A DNA stretch of 64,000 bases from Candidatus Limnocylindrales bacterium (GCA_038214255.1 JBBQRZ010000007.1:36730-100729); one strand, 5' to 3'. Counted from the first letter of the stretch, positions 36,101-45,986 are shown. Notes: generated by a model from the sequence alone, not told the origin. A program made the numbers and translations.

Positions 36101-37018
36101 TCAGGGCGTGTAGTCGACCTGGACCTGGACGGAATCGAGCGTGAAGGTCCGCGCGGTGCTGTTGGCGACGTCGGTCAGGCGCACTCGGAAGTTCGCGTCC
36201 GAGAAATCGCTCGCGACCCATGCCCGTGCCCAGAGCGACGACGACCCGCCAAGCGTGTAGAACGTCAGCGCGGTGCTCGTCAGGCTGACCTGCTGGGCGG
36301 CGGTCCACGTCGTCCCGGCGTTCCACGACAGCTCGGCGCAGACGTTATTCGTGCCGGCCACCGCACTGATCGCGGACTTGACCTTCACGGTGATCCCCTT
36401 GATCGCGGTCACGCTCGCTGGCAGGCCCAGCCCGAACGTCCAGAACCGATGACGGTCCTTGCCCGCGCCACCACAAGCGACGGCAGTGTTCGTCCCGCTG
36501 TTGGCGTCGGTGGCAACGGCTCCGTCGGCCACGCATCCATTGGCGGGGTTCAGCTCGTAGCCGTTCGCGTCGCCCCCGGTGTCGGATCCCTGCGAGCCAC
36601 ATGGGCGGAAGCCGGTCACGCCCATGTGGATGACCGAGCTCGCCTGGTTGCTGTTCGCGCTCGTCCAGTTCGAGACGTAAGCCTGGAGGACGTAGTAGTA
36701 GGTCGCGTCGGTCGAGGGACTGTCCGTGTAGGACGTCGCCGTGCGGGGGGTCACGGTCGTGATCTGGCTGTAGCCGCTGCCGCTCGTCGTCGACCGAAGC
36801 ACGTTGTAGCCCGCCGCGCCCGTGCTGACCGTTGCCGTCCAGGTCAGGCCGGCGGTGGCCCCGCTGGTGGCTGCCAGCGAGGTCGGCGGACTGAGGCTCG
36901 CCGTGCTCCATGCCGCGGTCGGAGCGGCGCTGTCGGTGAACCTGGCCAGCGTGATCGGGGCAGCCGTCGGGCTCGCGAGCGCCGCCGAGATGAGGAGGAC
37001 CACGCCGAGCGATCGCAT
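36101..37018 (-). CDS. Secreted accessory protein with SipW-type signal (..LARFTDS..), FN3-like domain and Cys-containing C-terminal domain
   Basis: The internal Met at 37018 gives MRSLGVVLLISAALASPTAAPITLARFTDSAAP. FN3-like segment LTWTATVSTGAAGYNVLRSTTSGSGYSQITTVTPRTATSYTDS..YYYVLQAY. Last gene of the TasA-like/SipW module. Confidence 0.65.
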   Translation of the reverse strand: MRSLGVVLLISAALASPTAAPITLARFTDSAAPTAAWSTASLSPPTSLAATSGATAGLTWTATVSTGAAGYNVLRSTTSGSGYSQITTVTPRTATSYTDSPSTDATYYYVLQAYVSNWTSANSNQASSVIHMGVTGFRPCGSQGSDTGGDANGYELNPANGCVADGAVATDANSGTNTAVACGGAGKDRHRFWTFGLGLPASVTAIKGITVKVKSAISAVAGTNNVCAELSWNAGTTWTAAQQVSLTSTALTFYTLGGSSSLWARAWVASDFSDANFRVRLTDVANSTARTFTLDSVQVQVDYTP

Positions 37019-37035
37019 GGTGAACGTGCCGGCGA

Positions 37036-37581
37036 TCACGCGCGGAGCGCGCGCCGCCGCCGGATCGGTTGGGTCCGCCTCGGGGTCGGTTGGCTCGTCT
37101 CGAGCAGCCAGGTGAGCGCGAAGAGGAGTCCCGCCAGGCACAGGACGAAGAGGACACCAACGGGGACGGACAGGAACTTGATGAGGTAGCCCGCGTACGG
37201 GGCCTCGACCGTGACCTTGCCGATGACGGCCGCGGCCGGCACGATCGATGGATCGACTGACGCGTTCGCATCACCCTTCGTCTCGAGCCACAGCCCGTCG
37301 GCCCGGGAGATCAGGCGGGTGATCCGGTGGGTGAAGACGGCGTTCTGCGACCCGACGCGCATCGAGACGATGTCGCCCACGGCGAGGGCCGACGGGGCCA
37401 CCGGATCCACGACCACGGCATCACCGAGGTGGATCGCCGGCTCCATCGACCCGCCGCCGATGACCAGCGTCTGTCGACCGGTCATCGGGACGATCCGCCC
37501 GAGGGCGACCCCGACGAGCACGAGGACGACGAGCGCGACGAGCGCCGCGTCGAGGCTGCGGCGGAGCACACGGGCGCTCAC
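37036..37581 (-). CDS. Signal peptidase I, archaeal/SipW type (S26B)
   Basis: [13 protein letters not shown] (catalytic Ser), VFTHRITRL (His), TKGDAN, and N- and C-terminal TM helices. GTG start at 37581. Confidence 0.85.
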   Translation of the reverse strand: MSARVLRRSLDAALVALVVLVLVGVALGRIVPMTGRQTLVIGGGSMEPAIHLGDAVVVDPVAPSALAVGDIVSMRVGSQNAVFTHRITRLISRADGLWLETKGDANASVDPSIVPAAAVIGKVTVEAPYAGYLIKFLSVPVGVLFVLCLAGLLFALTWLLETSQPTPRRTQPIRRRRALRA

Positions 37582-37592
37582 GGTCCCGTTGC

Positions 37593-38174
37593 CTACGGGT
37601 TGTTGGCGGTCTGTTCCGCGTTGAACGTGAAGGTCGCGGTCGTGGCGGCGGCCTGGTACCCGTTTCCGGAAGCCAACGGGAAGGCCCACGCGAAGCAGAG
37701 CTGTTCGCTTGCCGCGGCGGCCAGGGCTCGGTCGCCGGCCTGGGCTCCCTGGGCCGGATCCCCGAAACCCGCCCCGTTCAGGGCGCCCGTGTAGAGGGTG
37801 CTGCTGCCCGCGCACGCTCCGGTCTTGACGGTCAGCGTCAGCTGATCCCGGAGTGCCTTGCCGTCGGCATTGGTGCTGGAGCTCGACATCGCGTAGCGGA
37901 GCGCGCCCGAGCCGTTGTTGGCCACTGTGAGCGCAGCGCTGCCCGAGTCGCCGGGCATGACGTTCGCGACGGTGAACAGCGTCGACGGGCTGGTCGCGAG
38001 ATCGACCGTGCCGGCGGTGAACGTGCCGCCCGAGGAATCGGAGTCGGTGAAGACGGCGAGCGAGAGCGCGCCCGCGCCGACGGTTCCGAGCGAGAGGCTC
38101 AGAAGGAGCACGAGCAGTGCTCGGCGGCGCCTTCGATCGCGGCGTTCGAGGCTGGACGTTTCGAATGCATCCAT
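37593..38174 (-). CDS. TasA/camelysin (peptidase M73-like) family secreted protein with SipW-cognate signal peptide
   Basis: Starts at the internal Met at 38174: [59 protein letters not shown]...[25 protein letters not shown]. The rest of track ORF 37593..39578 is antisense to soxB. Confidence 0.75.
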   Translation of the reverse strand: MDAFETSSLERRDRRRRRALLVLLLSLSLGTVGAGALSLAVFTDSDSSGGTFTAGTVDLATSPSTLFTVANVMPGDSGSAALTVANNGSGALRYAMSSSSTNADGKALRDQLTLTVKTGACAGSSTLYTGALNGAGFGDPAQGAQAGDRALAAAASEQLCFAWAFPLASGNGYQAAATTATFTFNAEQTANNP

Positions 38175-38351
38175 CGGTGGTATCCCCGCATGTGGCTGCC
38201 CGGTGACGGAATGCGCCGGGAAATCGCTGGTTTGACGACCCCATGGGACCGCACCAACGACGTAGGCGGCTACAGGACTAGAGGGCCGGCGGCCGTGGGA
38301 CCTTCGTCCCGGCGAGACCGCGCGGGGTTGGCTCGCGCTACGCTGCGCGGC

Positions 38352-39581
38352 GTGAGCGGAGTCACCGACGACCACGTGCCCCAGCACCCCGATCGCCTGT
38401 GGCGGCACCCCGAGCCCAAGCCCGCGTACGACGTGGTGATCATCGGCGGCGGCGGCCACGGGCTGGCGGCCGCCTACTACCTCGCGAAGATCCACGGCAT
38501 CTCGAACGTGGCCGTCGTGGAGCGCGGCTGGCTGGCCGGCGGGAACATCGCGCGCAACACCGCGATCATCCGCAGCAACTACCTGTGGGACGAGAGCGCC
38601 GCGATCTACGAGCACGCGCTCAAGCTCTGGGAGACGCTGCCGGAGGAGCTCGACTACGACCTCCTCTTCAGCCAGCGCGGCGTCATGAACCTTGCCCACA
38701 ACCTGGGCGACGTCCGCGAGGGGATGCGACGCGTCCATGCGAACCGCCTCAACGGGATCGATGCCGAATGGCTCGCCCCGGACGACGTGAAGCGCCTCTG
38801 TCCGATTGTCGATACGTCGCCCGACGTCCGCTACCCGGTCCTCGGGGCGACATACCAGCCTCGCGGTGGGATCGCCAAGCACGACCACGTCGCCTGGGGC
38901 TACGCGCGCGCCGCCGACCGCCTCGGGGTCGACCTCGTCGAGGGCGCCGAGGTGACCGCGATCGACATCGCCGCCGGTCGGGTCACCGGGATCCAGACGT
39001 CGCGCGGCCCGATCCGCGCCGGCAACGTTGCGATCGTGGCCGCCGGCCACGCCAGCATCGTCGCCGCGATGGCGGGCCTCCGGCTGCCGCTCCAGAGTCA
39101 CCCGCTCCAGGCCCTCGTGTCCGAGCTGCTGGAACCCATCCACCCGACGGTCGTCATGAGCAACGCCGTCCACGTCTACGTGAGCCAGGCGCACAAGGGC
39201 GAACTGGTCCTGGGCGCCGGGATCGACAGCTACAACGGCTACGGCCAGCGCGGCGCGTTCCACATCATCGAGCACCAGATGGCGGCGGCCGTGGAACTCT
39301 TTCCCGTGTTCGCCCGGGCGCACGTCCTGCGCACGTGGGGCGGCATCGTCGACGTGTCGCCCGACGCCTCCCCGATCGTGTCCAAGACCGCGGTCAGCGG
39401 CCTGTACCTGGACTGCGGATGGGGGACCGGCGGCTTCAAGGCGACCCCCGCCTCTGGTTGGGTGCTCGCCCACACCATCGCCAATGACGAGCCGCACGCG
39501 CTGAACCGCGCCTACTCGCTCGAGCGGTTCGAGACCGGGGCGCTCATCGACGAGCACGGCGCGGCGGCGGTGGCGCACTGA
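38352..39581 (+). CDS. soxB: Sarcosine oxidase subunit beta
   Basis: [51 protein letters not shown] is the canonical SoxB N-terminus. GTG start inferred at 38352. Confidence 0.9.
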   Translation: MSGVTDDHVPQHPDRLWRHPEPKPAYDVVIIGGGGHGLAAAYYLAKIHGISNVAVVERGWLAGGNIARNTAIIRSNYLWDESAAIYEHALKLWETLPEELDYDLLFSQRGVMNLAHNLGDVREGMRRVHANRLNGIDAEWLAPDDVKRLCPIVDTSPDVRYPVLGATYQPRGGIAKHDHVAWGYARAADRLGVDLVEGAEVTAIDIAAGRVTGIQTSRGPIRAGNVAIVAAGHASIVAAMAGLRLPLQSHPLQALVSELLEPIHPTVVMSNAVHVYVSQAHKGELVLGAGIDSYNGYGQRGAFHIIEHQMAAAVELFPVFARAHVLRTWGGIVDVSPDASPIVSKTAVSGLYLDCGWGTGGFKATPASGWVLAHTIANDEPHALNRAYSLERFETGALIDEHGAAAVAH

Positions 39582-39823
39582 TGCTCCTGGTCCCTTGCCC
39601 GTGGTGCGGGCCGCGCGCGGAGATCGAATTCCGCTACGGCGGGCAGGCTGGCATCGCCTACCCGAAGGATCCGGACGGGCTGACCGACGCGGAATGGGTC
39701 GAGTACCTCTTCCTGCGCGACAACCCGAAGGGTCCGTGGCGCGAGCGCTGGGTCCACACGGCCGGCTGCCGTCGCTGGTTCGACGTCACCCGAGACACCC
39801 TGACGAACGAGTTCCTCGGATGA
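39581..39823 (+). CDS. soxD: Sarcosine oxidase subunit delta
   Basis: 80 aa, CPWCG...HTAGCRRWF zinc-binding pattern. Its ATG overlaps the soxB stop. Confidence 0.9.
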   Translation: MLLVPCPWCGPRAEIEFRYGGQAGIAYPKDPDGLTDAEWVEYLFLRDNPKGPWRERWVHTAGCRRWFDVTRDTLTNEFLG

Positions 39824-42444
39824 CGGCATCGCGCCTCGCCGCCAGCGGCGACCGGATCGATCGGAGCCGCCTCGTGCGGTTCGAGTTCGACGGCGGGAGC
39901 CTGACCGGCTTCGCCGGCGACACGATCGCCTCGGCGCTGCTCGCGAACGGCATCGATCTCGTCGGGCGAAGCATCTATCACGCCCGCCCGCGCGGGATCG
40001 TCAGCGCCGGCCCGGAGGAGCCGAACGCGCTCGTCCGGGTCGTCTGGCCGTCCGGGGTCTCGGAGCCGATGCTGCGCGCGACGACCGTGCCGATCGAGGA
40101 CGGGCTCCGCGTCGCGAGTCTCGCCGGCCGGGGTCGCCTGGAGACGACGACCGACCCCGGCCGCTTCGATGCGGCGAATCGGCACTGCGAGGTGCTCGTC
40201 ATCGGGGCGGGTGCCTCCGGCCTGGCGGCGGCCGAGGCGGCCCGCGACGCGGCGCCCGCCGACCGCGTCTTCGTGATCGATGCACAGCCGGCGCTCGCCG
40301 GGCCGGAGGTCCAGCCCGACACGACGGCCCTGGGCATCTACGACCACGGCTATGTCACCGCCGTCCAGCGCCATCCGACCCCAACCACGGACGGGCGCCT
40401 GTGGCACATACGGGCCAAACGGATCGTGATCGCGACCGGTGCGACCGAGCGGCCGATCGTCTTCGCCAACGACGATCGCCCGGGGATCATGCTGGCGGGC
40501 GCCGGCGCCACCTACATCGAGCGGTATGGTGTCCGACCGGGGGAGCGGGCCGTCATCTTCACGACGAACGGCACGACCGACGCCGTCGCGGCGACCCTGG
40601 GCGCGGCCGGCGTCGAGATCGTAGCCACCGTGGATGCCCGCGCGGGGGAGGCGGTCGTCGACACCCTCGGCGACGACGCGGGCCGAATCAGCGGCGTCGT
40701 CATCACCAGTGAGGGTGCGGCGCCGACGACGGTCGAGGCTGACCTCCTGCTCGTGTCGGGAGGCTGGAACCCCAACGTAGCGCTGTGGGCCCAGGCGCGC
40801 GGGACGCTGCGCTTCGACGAACGGATCGCCGCCTTCGTCCCCGATGGCCGGGGCCCGGGCGTGCCGATCGAGGCCGTCGGGGCAGCCGCCGGCGAGATCG
40901 AGGGCATCGGGGAGCTGCGGCCGCTCTGGGTCGTGCCGCCCCACGGTGAGAGCGGCGGCGATACGAGCGACCCCTGGATCAGGCACTACGTCGATCTCGG
41001 TCGGGACGCCACGGTGAGCGACCTCCGCCGGGCGCTCGGCGCCGGACTGACCTCGATCGAGCACGTGAAGCGCTACACGACGATCGGCACCGGGATCGAC
41101 CAGGGCCGGACGTCGGGCGTCGTAACAAGCGCGATCGCCGCCGCGATCCTCGGCCAGGAGGTCGGAGCGGTCGGTGTGCCGACCTTCCGCCCGCCGACCG
41201 TGCCCGTCAGCTTCGCCCAGCTGGCGGCACGGGATCGCGGAGCGCTGGCCGACCCGATCCGGACGACGCCGATCCACCCGTGGCACGTGGCGAACGGGGC
41301 GGTCTTCGAGGATGTCGGCCAGTGGAAGCGCCCACGCCACTTCCCGCAAGCCGACGAATCGATGGAGGAGGCCGTCCTGCGCGAGTGCGTGGCGGCGCGC
41401 TCAGGCGTCGCCGTCATGGACGCGACGACGCTCGGCAAGATCGACGTCCAGGGCCCGGATGCGGGCGTCTTCCTCGATCGCGTCTACACGAACACGTTCT
41501 CGACGCTCAAGGTCGGGTCGTGCCGCTACGGCCTCATGTGCCGGGCGGACGGGATGGTCTTCGACGACGGAGTGACGTCGCGGCTGGCCGAGGACCGATA
41601 CCACATGACGACGACGACCGGCAACGCCGCGGCCGTCCTCGACCATCTGGAAGAGTGGCTGCAGACCGAATGGCCCGACCTGCGCGTGCGCGCCACGAGC
41701 GTGACCGAGCAGTGGGCGACCATCGCGGTCGTCGGCCCGCACGCGCGCGACGTCGTCGCCCGCGTCGCACCGGGACTCGACCTCTCGACCGAGGCGTTCG
41801 GGTTCATGACCTGGCGCGACGCGGTCATCGCGGGCGTGGTCGGCCGCGTGTTCCGCATCTCGTTCTCCGGGGAGCTCGCCTACGAGCTCAACGTCCCGAC
41901 CTGGCATGGCCTCGCGCTCTGGAAGGCCTTGATAGCGGTCGGCGAGCCGCTCGGGATCACGCCGTACGGCACCGAGGCGATGCACGTCCTGCGCGCCGAG
42001 AAGGGCTACCCGATCATCGGCCAGGAGACGGACGGGACGACGACGCCGCAGGACCTCGGGATGGGCGGGCTCGTGTCGACGAAGAAGGACTTCATCGGCC
42101 GGCGATCGCACCGGCGACCCGATGCGGCTCGGGCGGACCGGAAGCAGCTCGTTGGCCTGCTGCCGACCGACCCGACCGCGCTGCTCCCCGAGGGGGCGCA
42201 ACTGGTCAGCCTCGACGCGGATCTCGCGACGACGCCGGTCCCGATGCTCGGGCACGTCACCTCCTCGTACCGGAGCGCCGCCCTCGGCCGCACGTTCGCG
42301 CTGGCCCTCGTGAAGGGTGGTCGGGATCGCCTCGGGGAGCGCGCTCTCGCCCCGCTCGTGACCGGCACGGTCGAGGTCGAGATCACGGGCTCGGTGCTGT
42401 TCGATCCGGAGAGCCGGCGGCGCGACGGGGAGCCGCCGGCGTGA
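39820..42444 (+). CDS. soxA: Sarcosine oxidase subunit alpha
   Basis: FEFDGGSLTGFAGDTIASALLANG, an NAD/FAD fold (VLVIGAGASGLAAA) and a C-terminal GcvT-like folate domain (FSGELAYELNVP, LRAEKGYPIIG). ATGA overlap with soxD. Confidence 0.9.
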   Translation: MTASRLAASGDRIDRSRLVRFEFDGGSLTGFAGDTIASALLANGIDLVGRSIYHARPRGIVSAGPEEPNALVRVVWPSGVSEPMLRATTVPIEDGLRVASLAGRGRLETTTDPGRFDAANRHCEVLVIGAGASGLAAAEAARDAAPADRVFVIDAQPALAGPEVQPDTTALGIYDHGYVTAVQRHPTPTTDGRLWHIRAKRIVIATGATERPIVFANDDRPGIMLAGAGATYIERYGVRPGERAVIFTTNGTTDAVAATLGAAGVEIVATVDARAGEAVVDTLGDDAGRISGVVITSEGAAPTTVEADLLLVSGGWNPNVALWAQARGTLRFDERIAAFVPDGRGPGVPIEAVGAAAGEIEGIGELRPLWVVPPHGESGGDTSDPWIRHYVDLGRDATVSDLRRALGAGLTSIEHVKRYTTIGTGIDQGRTSGVVTSAIAAAILGQEVGAVGVPTFRPPTVPVSFAQLAARDRGALADPIRTTPIHPWHVANGAVFEDVGQWKRPRHFPQADESMEEAVLRECVAARSGVAVMDATTLGKIDVQGPDAGVFLDRVYTNTFSTLKVGSCRYGLMCRADGMVFDDGVTSRLAEDRYHMTTTTGNAAAVLDHLEEWLQTEWPDLRVRATSVTEQWATIAVVGPHARDVVARVAPGLDLSTEAFGFMTWRDAVIAGVVGRVFRISFSGELAYELNVPTWHGLALWKALIAVGEPLGITPYGTEAMHVLRAEKGYPIIGQETDGTTTPQDLGMGGLVSTKKDFIGRRSHRRPDAARADRKQLVGLLPTDPTALLPEGAQLVSLDADLATTPVPMLGHVTSSYRSAALGRTFALALVKGGRDRLGERALAPLVTGTVEVEITGSVLFDPESRRRDGEPPA

Positions 42445-42986
42445 GCCGCGGCGTTTCGATTTGGCCGATTGCGCGGCTGGCCCAGATCTCGCTGCGCGCC
42501 GACGCCACCGATAGGGCGCTGGCTGGTCGCCTCGCCCCAGCACTGGGTGCCGCCTTGCCGACCGCGCCGGGGACGGTCGCGTCGACCCCGGACGGGGGGC
42601 GGCACATCCTGTGGCTGGGCCCTGACGAATGGCTGGTGGTCGGACCGGATGACTCGGCCGCATCGATCGAGGGGGCCATCCGGGAGGGGAGCCGGGAGGC
42701 ATTCGTCACGACGGTCGATGTCTCGGCGAATCGCGCCGGTCTGGAGCTCGCGGGGCCGGCGGCGCGCGAGCTGCTCGGGTTCGGCTGTTCGATCGATCTC
42801 GATGCGGCGGCGTTCGGTCCCGGGCAGTGCGCGCAGACCCTCCTCGCCAGGGCCGGCGTCATCATCTGGGCGATGCTGGACGGCGATGCCCCGACGTACC
42901 GGATCCTCGTTCGGCCCTCGTTCGCCGGGTACCTTGGTGCGTGGCTGGCGGACGCGATGGATGGGCTGCCCGACCGACCCGGATAA
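42441..42986 (+). CDS. soxG: Sarcosine oxidase subunit gamma
   Basis: Position and size fit soxBDAG order. LWLGPDEWLVVGP and VDVSANRAGLELAG blocks. GTGA overlap with soxA. Confidence 0.8.
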   Translation: MSRGVSIWPIARLAQISLRADATDRALAGRLAPALGAALPTAPGTVASTPDGGRHILWLGPDEWLVVGPDDSAASIEGAIREGSREAFVTTVDVSANRAGLELAGPAARELLGFGCSIDLDAAAFGPGQCAQTLLARAGVIIWAMLDGDAPTYRILVRPSFAGYLGAWLADAMDGLPDRPG

Positions 42987-43054
42987 CGCCGATCGATCGG
43001 GCGCTACACTCCCCGAACGCGGGTTGCTCCGCGGGCACATGCGGAGGAGCTGTG

Positions 43055-43390
43055 ATGGGATTCGTCAGCGGGGTGATCACCGGCATCGCGATCTCGGCCG
43101 GCGCAGCTGCCTGGTACATGTCGCGATCCGGCCAGCCCTTCCGCGACCAATACCGAGTCGAGGCACGTCTCGGCGAGATGGGCGACCTGCTCGAGCGTCG
43201 GACGCGCGAGATCCAGTCGACTGTGAACACGCAGTTCGCCGAGATGCGGGCCTCAGCAGACGCGGCCCCCGGCGAAGGTGCTGGCCGCCTCGACGATGCG
43301 CGGGCCGCCGCCGCCGAAGCGGCCGCGGCCACCGCGGCCGCCGCGGAAACGGCGAAGAAGCCCCGCAAACCAGCCACCGCCGCCGACTGA
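43055..43390 (+). CDS. Small YtxH-like membrane-anchored protein
   Basis: MGFVSGVITGIAISAGAAAWYM followed by a charged helical region and an Ala-rich tail. Confidence 0.5.
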   Translation: MGFVSGVITGIAISAGAAAWYMSRSGQPFRDQYRVEARLGEMGDLLERRTREIQSTVNTQFAEMRASADAAPGEGAGRLDDARAAAAEAAAATAAAAETAKKPRKPATAAD

Positions 43391-43411
43391 CCCGACCCCT
43401 ACGCCGCCCCC

Positions 43412-43436
43412 GGGGAGGGTGATCGCCTCCCTCCCC
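43412..43436 (+). terminator. Hairpin GGGGAGGG-N9-CCCTCCCC downstream of the YtxH-like gene
   Basis: 8-bp perfect stem read directly. No U-tract. Confidence 0.3.
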
Positions 43437-43473
43437 GTGTCACGTACCCTTCCGCGACGCCGAACCGTGCGTT

Positions 43474-43983
43474 TTGCCCCTCGGCAACGTGTATGTAGGT
43501 GTGACGACCCACGTGGCCATCGCCGAATCGACCGACATCGCCTACGAGCGCGCCTTCGAGGAGCACTGGCCTGACGTGTTTCGCTTCGCCCTCGCCTGGA
43601 CCAACGACTGGTCGGCGGCTGAGGACCTGGCCCAGGAGGCGTTCCTCCGCCTGTGGAACCAGCGGGGCCGTCTCGATTGGAGCCGGCCGGTCCTTCCGTG
43701 GCTGCTCGTGACCGCGCGTCGCCTTGCGACGGACCGATTCCGGATGCTCCGCCGACGGTTGGTGCCCACCACGCATCCCGCGACCCTCGATCAGGCAATC
43801 CAGGCGCGCTGGCTCGACGTTTGCGCCGCGATGGCCGACCTGTCGCCGCTGGAACGCACGGCGCTGATCATGACCGCGGTGGAGGGCACCACGTATGAGG
43901 AGGCCGGCCGGGTGCTGGGGACCACGGCCGGCGCCCTCCGCGCGGCGGTCAGTCGCGCCCGAACAAAATTGGAGGCCGCCTGA
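43474..43983 (+). CDS. ECF-type RNA polymerase sigma-70 family factor
   Basis: Region 2 (VFRFALAWTNDWSAAEDLAQEAFLRLW) and region 4 (LSPLERTALIMTAVEGTTYEEAGRVLGTTAGALRAAVSRAR). Start uncertain (TTG 43474, or GTG at 43489/43501/43513). Confidence 0.85.
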   Translation: MPLGNVYVGVTTHVAIAESTDIAYERAFEEHWPDVFRFALAWTNDWSAAEDLAQEAFLRLWNQRGRLDWSRPVLPWLLVTARRLATDRFRMLRRRLVPTTHPATLDQAIQARWLDVCAAMADLSPLERTALIMTAVEGTTYEEAGRVLGTTAGALRAAVSRARTKLEAA

Positions 43984-44690
43984 TGGACCGCTCGCGCGCG
44001 GATCGGATTCTCGAGGACTGGACCGCGGTCGCCGGCGAAGCCCGCCGGCCAGCGGCCCCGCCACGTCCCGTCGCCGTCCGAGGTGGCCTGCCGAGTCTCG
44101 GCCTGGCGGGCGCGGGTCTTCTCGTGGTCGGGCTGGTGATCGCCGTGGTTTGGGTCGGTCGCCCCGGGCCGAACGGCGGTATCGGCGCCCCATCGACGCA
44201 GCCGAGTCCCACGGCCACGCCGGCGGCGACTCCGACGACCCCCACGACGACCCCCACGACGACCCCGGTACCCACGATCGGTCCGTGCGACCCGGCCGGG
44301 CTGTCCGCCCGGATCACGCTCTGGGATGGCGCGGCGGGCCACCGGATCGCCCACGTCGAGCTCAAGAATGCCGGGTCCACCCCGTGCAGTGTGCCGGCGT
44401 CGGCGAAGCCGCAGCTCGTGGATGGCCGCGGGTCGGTCCTGATCGACGGTTCGAGCCCGCCCACCTCGGGCCTCCTCACGGTCGATCCGGGCCGCACGCT
44501 CAAAACGCTCGTCCAGGACGGCGACTACTGCGGTTCCACGCCTGTGGCTCCGGTGACCGTCGCATTCGTGCTCGACGGCGGGGGACGGATCGTGGCGGCG
44601 CCATTCTCGCCGACCGACGCGACGGTTCCGCCCTGCCTCAGTTCGCCGGGATCGGCCGGGGATATCGAGATGCAGCCGTGGGCGCCGTGA
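43983..44690 (+). CDS. Membrane protein coupled to the ECF sigma factor; extracytoplasmic DUF4232-like domain
   Basis: Start overlaps the sigma stop. One TM helix, a Pro/Thr linker, then CDPAGLSARITLWDGAAGHRIAHVELKNAGSTPCSV..., which is DUF4232-like. No zf-HC2 anti-sigma motif. Confidence 0.65.
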   Translation: MDRSRADRILEDWTAVAGEARRPAAPPRPVAVRGGLPSLGLAGAGLLVVGLVIAVVWVGRPGPNGGIGAPSTQPSPTATPAATPTTPTTTPTTTPVPTIGPCDPAGLSARITLWDGAAGHRIAHVELKNAGSTPCSVPASAKPQLVDGRGSVLIDGSSPPTSGLLTVDPGRTLKTLVQDGDYCGSTPVAPVTVAFVLDGGGRIVAAPFSPTDATVPPCLSSPGSAGDIEMQPWAP

Positions 44691-44691
44691 G

Positions 44692-45888
44692 ATGAGGCGT
44701 TCCGGGATCGCGCTGATCGCCGCGCTGCTGGTGGCGGGATGCAGCAGCCAGCTCAGCGCTCCGATTTCGGGAGCGCTGGCGCCGGCGACGGCGCACGCGA
44801 AGCTCGAACCTGCGGTCGCGTCCGTCTCGGCGGCGAGGGCGGCGTCGGTCTCGGCGGGGACGAAGGTGCAGGGCGCCGCCCAAGCGTCGATCGCCGCCGC
44901 CCCCACGATCGAGCAGCTGATCGGCCAGAAGCTCGTCGTCCGCATGGATGGAATCACCCCGAGTGCCGACCTCCTCGCCCGGATCCGACGCGGTGAAATC
45001 GGGGGCGTCATCCTGCTTGGCTTCAACATCACGACCCCGTCCGCCCTGATCGCGCTCACCGCGAAGCTCCGCGCGGCCGCGGCGGCCGGAGGCCAGCCCA
45101 AGCTCCTGATCGCGGTGGACCAGGAGGGCGGCCCGATCAAGCGGATCCCGTGGGCACCGCCGACGCTATCGCCGACCCAGATGGGCCGGATCGGACTGGC
45201 AGCAACGGCCCGCGCGCAGGGCACGAGCACCGGCGCGGCGCTCCACGGCCTCGGCATCAACGTCGACCTCGCCCCGGTCGCCGACGTTCCGGCCTCCACC
45301 GCGTCGTTCATATACCGCGGCGGCCGGACCTTCTCGTTCAGCTCGGCGCGGACGGCCGTCCTGGCCGATGCGTTCGCATCCGGGCTCGAGTCGAAGGGCG
45401 TCCTCCCGGCGATGAAGCACTTCCCGGGGCTCGGGTTCGCGACGCACAACACCGACGGGTTCGTGGTCACGATCGGGGCCTCTCGGGGGGCGCTCGCCCC
45501 CGGCCTGCGCCCCTACCGAACCGCGATCGGACACCAGATCCCGCTGATCATGCTGTCCAACGCCACGTATTCCGCCTACGACGCCGGGCATCCGGCCGGC
45601 TGGTCGCACACCATCTCCGTCGCCCTGCTGCGCCGGGACCTCGGCTTCACCGGCGTGACGATCAGCGACTCCCTCGACGGCACGGCCCATGCCCGCGGGC
45701 TGCCGCCTGGCTTGTTGGCGTTCCGCGCGGCCTATGCCGGGACCGACATGATCCTGATGACCGGCTCGGAAGCCTCGACTCGGGCGGCGCACGCGACGCT
45801 CCTCGCGCATGCCAAGAGCGGCTCGCTCTCGCCGGCGACGCTGCGAACGTCGTACGACCGGATCCTCGCGCTCAAGGCCCGTCTCTGA
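44692..45888 (+). CDS. Glycoside hydrolase family 3 N-terminal-domain lipoprotein (NagZ-like beta-N-acetylhexosaminidase)
   Basis: Lipobox LLVAGC. IGQKLVV, VDQEGGPIKR, GINVDLAPVADV and KHFPGLG blocks. Confidence 0.85.
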   Translation: MRRSGIALIAALLVAGCSSQLSAPISGALAPATAHAKLEPAVASVSAARAASVSAGTKVQGAAQASIAAAPTIEQLIGQKLVVRMDGITPSADLLARIRRGEIGGVILLGFNITTPSALIALTAKLRAAAAAGGQPKLLIAVDQEGGPIKRIPWAPPTLSPTQMGRIGLAATARAQGTSTGAALHGLGINVDLAPVADVPASTASFIYRGGRTFSFSSARTAVLADAFASGLESKGVLPAMKHFPGLGFATHNTDGFVVTIGASRGALAPGLRPYRTAIGHQIPLIMLSNATYSAYDAGHPAGWSHTISVALLRRDLGFTGVTISDSLDGTAHARGLPPGLLAFRAAYAGTDMILMTGSEASTRAAHATLLAHAKSGSLSPATLRTSYDRILALKARL

Positions 45889-45986
45889 CGACCCGTCTCT
45901 GACGACCCACTTGCGCGGATGTGCGATGGTTCGGTCGGCTCGACCGCGACGTCCGCGATCGATTTCGACCCGTACCAGGAGTGCCC

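Noticed and set aside
37593-39578. 661-aa minus-strand ORF spanning soxB.
   Set aside because: Only the last 193 codons (from Met at 38174) encode the TasA-like protein. The upstream part is antisense to soxB and is compositionally junk.
43437-43513. Autoregulated ECF promoter (GGAAC-N16-18-CGTT type) upstream of the sigma factor gene.
   Set aside because: A GAAC and a CGT are present, but the spacing is about 22 nt, outside the usual range. There is no convincing match.
43791-45470. 559-aa minus-strand ORF. Similar long antisense ORFs lie at 11552..12862, 17783..19126, 39658..41349, 41401..42702 and 60439..61758.
   Set aside because: Each lies opposite a gene with clear family motifs, and none shows a recognisable domain. 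I treat them as GC-driven open frames.
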